Shown: positions 1 to 8,255, counted from the first letter of the stretch. The stretch is 12,921 nt of DNA from Octopus sinensis (GCF_006345805.1 NW_021826472.1:1-12921); one strand, 5' to 3'. A program made the numbers and translations. Notes: generated from the sequence alone by a model not told the origin.

Positions 1-105
1 AGTAATGCTGTTGCTCTGAGCGTATTTGATGTTTCTGCACGAATTTTGATGCAACCGGGAATAGGCAGTAGCAGTAGCAGGAGTAGTGTAGTATTAGTAG
101 TAGTA

Positions 106-249
106 TTAGAGTAGTTTAGCACCAGCAGCAATCAGTGTAAAAGCTGACCTCTCTCCTGACATATGTTTACCGAAAGCTACAGGCATCGCTCCTACACTGC
201 CAGCTGGATTAAAGCAAACTAAACTAAACGATCTCTCTACCAGTACCAT
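106..249 (-). CDS. Candidate short ORF or first coding segment (MVLVERSFSLVCFNPAGSVGAMPVAFGKHMSGERSAFTLIAAGAKLL*), product unknown
   Basis: Hand translation: ATG at 249-247 in good Kozak context (gctATGG), 47 codons to TAA at 108-106. It lies in non-repetitive sequence. No homology recognised. Confidence 0.15.
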   Translation of the reverse strand: MVLVERSFSLVCFNPAGSVGAMPVAFGKHMSGERSAFTLIAAGAKLL

Positions 250-1062
250 AGCGATGTGTTAAGCTCCCAGCGAGCCGAGTTTGTGAACCGGTTTCAAGTC
301 CCTGTTGGCTCCAGTTGTATTTTGTTTTCATCTGAAGAGACGATCAGTAGGTAACATCCTGTAGTGTGAATGGTAAAACGGCAGGCTCCTCGCGTTCGTG
401 TTATTCACATCACAAGACTGCAATATTGACCTAACGAACGTACGGGCGACCCAGAAGGTTGCAAACGTGGAGAGGAATTTAGTGCAGGATTTTTTGGCGG
501 TTTGCGAAATGAGATAAGATGAACGAGATAAAAAATTAAATAAATAAGTACGTAAATGGCTGTTAGATTCCTCGTATGGGTTTTGGGTGAAAGAACTATT
601 TAACTTGTTGGCTCAAAGACACAAGAACCGTTCTCGAGCAATGAATAACTCTTAAATATCAGCGTTGCTTGTGAAAAACAATAAATGACGGTTGCCGTTG
701 CTATCATCCTTGCTGTTTTGATAGCTGCAAACCAACCGCTAAGTTCGCGTACTTATGACAGAGGTTATCCATCCATGATAATCTCGTTTCTCTCTTCTCT
801 ATATATACATACATACATACATATATATATTATTCAAAGAATTCCAACTCTGTTTTTTTTATGTTTTATTATATTCTTTATAATATTAATGTAGGATATA
901 GAATATATAGTATAAAAAGTATGTATAGTAGTATAATGAGATGAAGTACTAATTGTTTTATTGAATAGATGAAATATTGAATATCAAATATTAAGGGACT
1001 AGTATACTTTCTTGCATTATAGCAGTCTTCAAGGTCCCAGGTTGTGACAGGAATGTTTCAAA

Positions 1063-1065
<3 letters not shown>

Positions 1066-1128
<63 letters not shown>

Positions 1129-1146
1129 GTATATATATACATAAGT

Positions 1147-1206
<60 letters not shown>

Positions 1207-1434
1207 ATTGGATCAAAAACAAAGGCAATATTTACAATAAAACATTCGGACACATAGACAATACAAGTCGGACAAGAGAAACAACAATCATATATGTATA
1301 TATATATATATATATGTATAAATTATGTACACGTATATATGTATATATGTGTAAATGTATATGTGTGTATATGTATATGTGTGTGCGTATATATATATAC
1401 ACATACATATTTTGTTGTTGTTGTTGTTGTTGTT
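1066..1434. repeat. Compound microsatellite block: (TA)n, (TATG)n, (TG)n, ending in (TTG)n
   Basis: Directly visible. (TA)n at 1066-1140 and 1152-1207, mixed TA/TG at 1283-1410, (TTG)n at 1412-1434. Confidence 0.95.
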
Positions 1435-1480
1435 TAGCTGCGACTCAATCTCAATCGAACAACAACTATGACAAAAGGCG
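1412..1480 (-). mobile_element. Possible degraded 3' end of a retroposon with an (AAC)n tail
   Basis: (TTG)n followed by GTTTAGC...ATCGAAC...CTATGACAAAAGGC resembles the reverse-strand 3' tail of an octopus SINE/LINE as I recall it. Similarity is weak. Confidence 0.3.
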
Positions 1481-1880
1481 TTACATTTTTACTTCTAGCA
1501 CAACATTATATAACGTGTCCTTTTCTTTTCAATAACGTAAGGAGCAATTTAAGGAAGACTTTTTTATTATTTTCTCTTCATTTTTTTTTTTTTTTTGCTC
1601 TATTTCTTGCAACTCGAACTCGCGGGTCAAGCCACTCTCGGCTAATAGCGTTTGGTAAGCTGAGGCATGGATAATGAGCAGAGAACACCTTTTGAAGTGA
1701 AAGAATGCAGTCTGAGAATTTAGGGGTTTGTAGTAGCAGAATTGCCCTAGTTAAGGGGAAGATCTAGATTAAATTAACAGATGTTACACCAGGAATATGA
1801 CAGCAGCAAATTCGAGTTACATATATTCTTCGAAAACCTGATAGTTCTAATAACTAAATATTTCTTTGTGGTAGGATGTT

Positions 1881-2073
1881 TTGCTGTTAATTTTGTTGGT
1901 AGTTGTTGGTATGATTATTAGTGGCGGTGGTGATGGTGGTGGTGGTGGTGGTGGTGGTGAAGGTATTGATGTCGATTTATACATATAGGTGTGTATATAT
2001 CGACAGCAACACCACCCACAACCACCACCAACAATAATAATCATACCAACAGCAACTTCAAAATAAACAGCAA
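1881..2073. repeat. Imperfect inverted repeat (long hairpin)
   Basis: 1881-1895 pairs with 2059-2073 (14/15). 1904-1920 pairs with 2035-2051 (17/17). The GGT tract faces an ACC/ACA tract. The inner stem 1962-2013 closes on the loop TAGG. Confidence 0.85.
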
Positions 2074-2074
2074 G

Positions 2075-2098
2075 TATATATACCTACATACATACTAC

Positions 2099-2154
<56 letters not shown>

Positions 2155-2316
2155 AGATATATATATATATAAATATATATATATATTATTTTTATAGAAG
2201 GAGCTTCTACACGGACTAGAACTGTAGAAGCTCCTTCTATAAAATAAATTACTTTACCTGCTATGTATTGAGTACCTTATTTACTGTGGTTAACCCCGAC
2301 TCAACCCGGTACCTAC

Positions 2317-2371
<55 letters not shown>
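2075..2371. repeat. (TA)n/(TACA)n microsatellite interrupted by a ~125-bp insert
   Basis: TA-rich repeats at 2075-2186 and 2311-2371 flank a more complex insert at 2187-2310. Confidence 0.9.
2190..2244. repeat. Perfect 22-bp inverted repeat with an 11-nt loop
   Basis: TTTTATAGAAGGAGCTTCTACA (2190-2211), loop CGGACTAGAAC, then TGTAGAAGCTCCTTCTATAAAA (2223-2244). Confidence 0.95.
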
Positions 2372-2373
<2 letters not shown>

Positions 2374-2618
2374 AGTTAGAAATAAGAGATCTAATGGATG
2401 CAAATTTATTAATTGACTAATAATTAATTTGTTATCATTACATCTCTCTGTTTTCTAACTCAATAAAATGTTCGATATCTTATGATATTCTATATAACAT
2501 ATTCATTGAAAACTTATTTCTTCAAAATTAAATATATTAAATCGGTGTATATAAATATCCCTATAAGGTGTTTTTAATATCCTCATTGTGACTATATATA
2601 TATATATATATATATATA

Positions 2619-2970
2619 GGAGAGACTGTGTGGTAAGAAGCTTGCGTCCCAACCACGTGGTTCCGGATTCAATTCCACTGCGTAGCACTTGGGCAAGATT
2701 CTTCTCCTATAACCTCGGGCTAACCAAAGCCTTGTGAGAGGATTTGATAGACGGAAACTGAAAGTAGCCCGTCGTTTATATATGTATATATTTATGTGTT
2801 TGTGTTTGCTCCCCCACCATCGGTTGACAGCCAATGTTGGTGTGTTTACGTCCCCGTAACATTGTTGTTCGGCAAAATAGACCGATGGAATAAGTACTCG
2901 GCTTACAAAGAATCAGTCCTGGTGTCGGTTTGTTTCAAATAACTGAAACAACTATAAGAATAAAAGAATA
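2619..2970 (+). mobile_element. tRNA-derived SINE, family A in this report; near full length with a small 3' internal deletion
   Basis: Degenerate A box (GACTGTGTGG) and B box (GATTCAATTCC), core GGGCAAG...GACGGAAACTGAAAG.AGCCCGTC, central microsatellite and AAAAGAATA tail. Colinear with the copies at 10544 and 11920. Confidence 0.9.
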
Positions 2971-3327
2971 TATATATGTGTGTGTATATACATATATATT
3001 TGTAATATAATATATATATATATATATTATATACGCACGCGAACGCACACACACACATAAGTGCATGCGTGTGGAATATAGATTTGTAGGGAGTTTGAGG
3101 CTCTTTCGTGTAAGGCATGTCTTTGGAGTGCATCAGTGAATAACAAAGTAGCAATTTAAGGAAGTGCGGAGTATTGCACTAATGCATTGCTGTGCAGTAT
3201 GCATAAGTTTACTGCAGTTTAGTGCAGTATAATGCAGTGTAGGTGTTGGAGCATTTCTAGAATTTTCTTTCCTTTTTTTATGTATATGCTTGAAATTCGA
3301 ATGGCTGTTAATATCAGATGAACGTAT

Positions 3328-3427
3328 GCTTCAATTTACGCTGAATTTACACTAGATTTGCTTCCAATTTCTGCTCAATTTACATTGGATTCACGTTCAT
3401 TTTATGCTCAATTTCAGCTGAAATGAT
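3328..3427. repeat. Degenerate 11-bp minisatellite, consensus GCTCAATTTAC, about 9 units
   Basis: Units: gcttcaatttac, gctgaatttac, actagatttgc, ttccaatttct, gctcaatttac, attggattcac, gttcattttat, gctcaatttca, gctgaaatgat. Confidence 0.6.
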
Positions 3428-3649
3428 TCAAACATTTTGCTATTTCCATATATATAAGCTTATAGTCTTTCCTTCTTTATTTTATTTCATTTGCTTATTT
3501 ATTTATTGTAACATATCCGTTCTTTCGTTTTCAACATGAACATTGGTCCATTGACGGACTAGTATTTCGGTATTCGGATATGCAGCATCTGGCTAATCCT
3601 TTAATCCTCACATTCTATAGCGATGATGGTTGGTGCAATGTATGCACCA

Positions 3650-4178
3650 ATTAAAGAGCGTTTATTAATCATTACTATTAATTATTAATTATCACCCCCG
3701 CGAAACAAATCTTGTTAAAACTTTAACGACCGTCCTTGCAAAGAAAAACATAAGCTCTCATCATAAACACAAATATGCCTACGTGCACTTATGTGTTTGG
3801 AAATAAACGTGTCCATATAATTTATGTGTGTGTATGTTTGTGTGTGTCTGACAGATAGATGTATGGGTATACACACACGCATATATGATTGCATACATAT
3901 GTACATATTGTGGGTAGTATAAGTTTGGTGTGTGTGTATATCTTGTTAGGTACATGATATATAAATAGATAGATAGATAGATAGATATAGATAAGATAGA
4001 GAGATAGATACATACATACATACATACATACATCACAATACATACCTACATATTGGACGGATGGATGGATGGATGATGATGGATGGATGGATGGATGGAT
4101 GATGGATTGATTGTCGGTAGTGAATATATGGGTGGTTGAGTTAGTGGAATAGATAGATAGATAGATAGATAGATAGAT
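3650..4178 (+). repeat. Left arm of a large inverted duplication
   Basis: Reverse complement of about 5323-5819. 3699-3908 is identical to the reverse complement of 5563-5772 (210 bp, checked block by block). Confidence 0.95.
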
Positions 4179-4179
4179 G

Positions 4180-4293
4180 TGTATATATATATATATATAT
4201 ATACACATGCAACACTAATACGAAAGTATATATTACTTATATGCATATCTATATATTGTTTGTTATATATACATATACACACAACATAGACAC

Positions 4294-4338
<45 letters not shown>

Positions 4339-4351
4339 ATTATATATATAT

Positions 4352-4384
<33 letters not shown>

Positions 4385-4440
4385 CATGATATATATGTAT
4401 ACGCACCACACACACACATGGTATAAATATATACCATACG
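4180..4440. repeat. (TA)n-rich microsatellite
   Basis: Directly visible. Confidence 0.9.
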
Positions 4441-4839
4441 AACATAGAGATTAAGAAAACTTCCAAGCTGGATGCCGTTACCAAGTGCCAACTGGAATCA
4501 GGTGTATATACCTTTCATTAATTGAATTACAGTTATGCTTTATGTTAGAAAACACTGAACGCATTTGAGATTAATCTGCCCCCGTTCAAATTTCAAGAAT
4601 GTCTAAGGAATTGTTTTTCATCCTGACTAATTATTTACATTAGAAATATGCAAATTGGTGGATTGTTTATGATTTTTAAAATTAATGTCAGTCACTTCAA
4701 AGTTGGTGTATATATTTTGACATACACGTTGCGAGGAAAGGTTCGCGTATGTTCACCTTGCGTAAATGCAAACCTACGCACGTATGTACGCAAGTACGCA
4801 CATAGACATGCATATGCTCACGCAATCATACACGCACTT

Positions 4840-4858
4840 ACATGCATACATACACACA

Positions 4859-4908
<50 letters not shown>

Positions 4909-5077
4909 TACATACACTCATGCATGTGCTCTCACAAACACACACGCACATATACATACATATCTACATACATACATCACACACATACATATACACAATT
5001 ACAGTTACTCCCTAAGTAAAGGAATGAATCTCTCAATCTCTTTCTCTCTCTCCCCCTCTCTCTCTATCTCAGTCTAT

Positions 5078-5150
<73 letters not shown>
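4840..5150. repeat. Compound microsatellite: (CA)n, (CT)n, (CATA)n, (TCTA)n
   Basis: (CT)n at 4862-4898 and (TCTA)n at about 5075-5152 are directly visible. Confidence 0.9.
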
Positions 5151-5153
<3 letters not shown>

Positions 5154-5248
5154 TCCACTAACTCAACCACCCATCTATTCACCTACCGACCGATCCATCC
5201 ATCCATCCATCCATCCATCCACCATCCATCCATCCATCCGTCCGTCCA

Positions 5249-5279
<31 letters not shown>

Positions 5280-5289
5280 TGTATGTATG

Positions 5290-5356
<67 letters not shown>

Positions 5357-5420
5357 TCCACTAACTCAACCACCCATCTATTCACCTACCGACCAATCCA
5401 TCCATCCATCCATCCGTCCA

Positions 5421-5451
<31 letters not shown>

Positions 5452-5513
5452 TGTATGTATGTATGTATGTATGTATGTATCTATCTATCTATCTATCTAT
5501 CTATTTATCTATC
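5151..5513 (+). repeat. Tandem duplication of a compound unit: 40-bp block, (CCAT)n, GTCCAA, (TATG)n, (TATC)n
   Basis: TATTCCACTAACTCAACCACCCATCTATTCACCTACCGAC is identical at 5151-5190 and 5354-5393 (period 203), each followed by the same order of tetranucleotide tracts. Confidence 0.9.
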
Positions 5514-5819
5514 CATGTACCTAACAAGATATACACACACACCAACTTATACATACCCACATATATGTACATATGTATGCAATCATATATGCGTGTGTGT
5601 ATACCCATACATCTATCTGTCAGACACACACAAACATACACACACATAAATTATATGGACACGTTTATTTCCAAACACATAAGTGCACGTAGGCATATTT
5701 GTGTTTATGATGAGAGCTTATGTTTTTCTTTGCAAGGACGGTCGTTAAAGTTTTAACAAGATTTGTTTCGCGTGGGTGATAATTAATAATTAATAGTAAT
5801 GATTAATACGCTCTTTAAT
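5323..5819 (-). repeat. Right arm of the large inverted duplication
   Basis: Matches the left arm as reverse complement. The outer end CTCTTTAAT (5811-5819) pairs with ATTAAAGAG (3650-3658). The inner boundary falls within a TATC tract and is approximate. Confidence 0.95.
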
Positions 5820-5821
5820 GT

Positions 5822-5825
<4 letters not shown>

Positions 5826-5877
<52 letters not shown>

Positions 5878-6143
5878 TATATGTACAAACATATACATAG
5901 ATATGCAAATAAGCATATATATGTATATATATATATGTATGTATGTATATATCTATATATATATATATATGTATGTAATATATATATATATATATATACA
6001 TACATATGCGTATATATGCTTTCTTATAAGTGTGTGCTTGTGTATGTGTGTATGTGTGTGAGTGTTCAAATCACTATTCTAGGCTTTGCATATTTGGAGG
6101 GTGCTTGTGTAATGTATGTGGAAATACTCGTGCACGGATGTTG

Positions 6144-6182
<39 letters not shown>

Positions 6183-6206
6183 CACACACACACACACACA
6201 CACACA
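5826..6206. repeat. (TA)n, mixed TA/TG and (CA)n microsatellites
   Basis: Directly visible; (CA)n at 6147-6206. Confidence 0.9.
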
Positions 6207-6526
6207 TGCATTCAAACACATAGACATACGCAAGCGTGCATAAAACAGAGAGTGTGGAAGGAAAGAAGTGAGTGTGTGTGGTAGTGAGAAAGAAACGTCG
6301 GAGAAAGAAAAGACGTTAATTCGCGTAAATGTAGACAGCATGATGACGATGACGATGTTTACTGAAAGCTCCGTTACCGAACAACTACGTCGACGCGATT
6401 CCTAATCGAATTTTGCTCTCCAACATAAAAAAAATGTCGCTGCGACTTATAGTCGGGTCAATGATAAAATTCTCAATTTAAACGTTGTAAACCAGGCGAG
6501 GGCATTTTATTGTCGAGCATATACAG

Positions 6527-6911
6527 TATTCCTTTCTGCACTAAGCACAACGCTTGAAATTTTGGGGGAGGGAGCCAGTTGATTAGAACGACCCCAGTAC
6601 GCAACTGGTACTTAATTTATCGAGCGCGAAAGGATGAAAGGCAGAGTCGACCTCGGAGGAATTTGAACTCAGAACGTAACGTCAGACGAAATACCTATTT
6701 CTTTATTACCCGCAAGGGGCTAAACACAGGGGAACAAACAACGACAGACAAACGGATTAAGTCGATTATATCGACCCCAGTGCGTAACTGCTACTTAATT
6801 TATCGACCCCGAAAGGATAAAAGGCAAAGTCGACCTCGGCGGAATTTGAACTCAGAATGTAGCGACAGACGAAATACCGCTAAGCATTTCGCCCGGCATG
6901 CTTACGTTTCT
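6527..6911 (-). mobile_element. tRNA-derived SINE, family B in this report, with an internal 106-bp duplication
   Basis: 6590-6695 and 6773-6878 differ at 11 of 106 positions. Each carries a minus-strand B box GAGTTCAAATTCC (6658-6670, 6841-6853). Homologous to 10346-10542 and 11001-11150. Confidence 0.9.
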
Positions 6912-6934
6912 CCTTGCTGGATGTTATGTACGTC

Positions 6935-7080
6935 TGACGGGCTTCCACACAGATTCCGTCTACCAAAACCACTCATAAGTTTTAGGTCGGCACGGGATAT
7001 AGCAGAAGACACTTGCCCAAAATGCCATGCTATGGTACTGAACCGGAAAGCACATGGTTGCAAATCGAGCTTCTTAACCT
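6935..7080 (-). mobile_element. SINE family A-related fragment (head and core only)
   Basis: The reverse complement reads GGTTAAGAAGC...CCGGTTCAGTACC...TTGGGCAAGTGTCTTCTGCTATA...GGTAGACGGAATCTGTGTGGAAGCCCGTC, aligning with the 5' half of family A. Confidence 0.85.
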
Positions 7081-7754
7081 TGTTTCAGGGAGATTTTGCT
7101 TTTATTTCTTGTAGGTTGAACCAAGATCTAGAGGTTTTCTCATCAGTTCGTTTATAGATGGTACTTTTGATGGAGAGCAAGAAATTACTATGATGATAGC
7201 TGAAACGATGATAAAATCAGTCAATGGGGATAATAAATGCCAGGAAGATAATGAGAGAGAGAGAGAGGAGATGATCAAACTTATATACACGGATTAATTA
7301 GAACTAATTAATTAATTAGAGCACAACATTAAAGTATATATAATGCTATCGATGAAATAATACATATATCAATGAGAATTTGGCTTCCAGCAAATCATTG
7401 TAATTCCACGAAGATACAAGTACTGTAAACAAAGCAATTAATATTCTGGGGAAGGTATTAGAATTATTACGTATAATTGTCTACATAGGGATATGGCCAG
7501 AAATATTGGCGGCGTGGTGGGGAGGAACAGTACTTGGTGAAATTACGGTCAAAACCGTCTGGAGCCGCGGAGATAAAAAAAAAACGGAGCTTAACCCGGT
7601 TTTAGAGGTTTTCGTTTTAAGCGCTTGAAATTGGGCGAGGCACCCCACATGAAGAGTATGCTATTCGGCAGCACGGTTTCCCCTTCTACCCTCTGGATTC
7701 GTTTTGAAATGAAACAATTTCAAGTAAAAAGATATGGGGAGAGCCGAGTTCAAT

Positions 7755-7813
7755 ATAGGAATCGAAACCACAAGTACTAATCGTGAACCCAGTAATCTAA
7801 CCTTTAGAACACT
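7755..7813 (-). mobile_element. Degraded tRNA-like SINE head
   Basis: B box GGTTTCGATTCC (reverse of 7758-7769) with an A-box-like TGTTCTAAAGGTTAG at tRNA-like spacing. Confidence 0.45.
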
Positions 7814-7939
7814 CTTATATTCCTGTCTGTCACGCAGCGCACAATCACACTACGCATACATATACATATATGTATACATATATATTTGTTTATGTATATA
7901 TATATATGTATACATTCATACACACTATAGTAGTCTCTC

Positions 7940-8031
7940 GTATCGTCCAAGATCAGATCGGACCATACGATGCATGAATTGAAACCGCGATCTCCCAATC
8001 ACGAGTGCAACACCGTAAGCGCTAGGCCATG
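7940..8031 (-). mobile_element. tRNA-like SINE head fragment
   Basis: The minus strand reads CATGGCCTAGCGCTTACGGTGTTGCACTCGTGATTGGGAGATCGCGGTTTCAATTC: A-box-like TGGCCTAG and B-box-like GGTTTCAATTC. Confidence 0.65.
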
Positions 8032-8124
8032 TATGTGCATATGTGTATGCATATATGAATGCATTAATTTATAGAGAGAGGTGTCTGTGTGGGTGTGTTC
8101 TGTGGATATACATCCATTCATACA

Positions 8125-8255
8125 CACATATGCATACAACCTTATGTATATATATATAATATAATATATTATATATATAATTATCTATTATATATATATA
8201 TATATATATAATATAATATAATATTCTATATATATAATATATGTATATATATACC
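8125..8255. repeat. (TA)n-rich microsatellite
   Basis: Directly visible. Confidence 0.9.

Noticed and set aside
685-894. 69-aa ORF with a hydrophobic N-terminus (MTVAVAIILAVLIAA)
   Set aside because: It runs into (TA)/(TACA)n and a T-rich tract, with no recognisable homology.
4648-5019. 123-aa ORF in the spacer as a possible transposase remnant
   Set aside because: No DDE or DNA-binding motifs, and the second half is microsatellite.
5151-5513. Repeat-spacer appearance suggestive of CRISPR
   Set aside because: Only two copies, the spacers are microsatellites, there are no cas genes, and the context is eukaryotic.
1029-6341. Numerous ORFs of 60-165 aa in the supplied track (YIYI, MYVC, LSIY, THTH runs)
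   Set aside because: They are mostly translations of microsatellites, which lack stops in some frames; the rest cross SINE or unrecognised sequence. None has a recognisable domain.
7139-7146. Minus-strand CTGATGAG as a hammerhead core
   Set aside because: No stem II closing onto GAAA follows.
6579-7157. 192-aa ORF with an internal repeat (RQSRPRRNLNSE twice)
   Set aside because: It is the antisense reading of SINE B and SINE A, and the peptide repeat is the SINE's internal duplication. The same applies to 10431-10661, 2503-2834 and 11896-12234.
7304-7319. 16-bp perfect palindrome CTAATTAATTAATTAG
   Set aside because: A short (TTAA)n run is self-complementary by nature.
7500-7700. GC- and CpG-richer patch as a promoter
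   Set aside because: Short, with no associated transcript evidence or recognisable core promoter.
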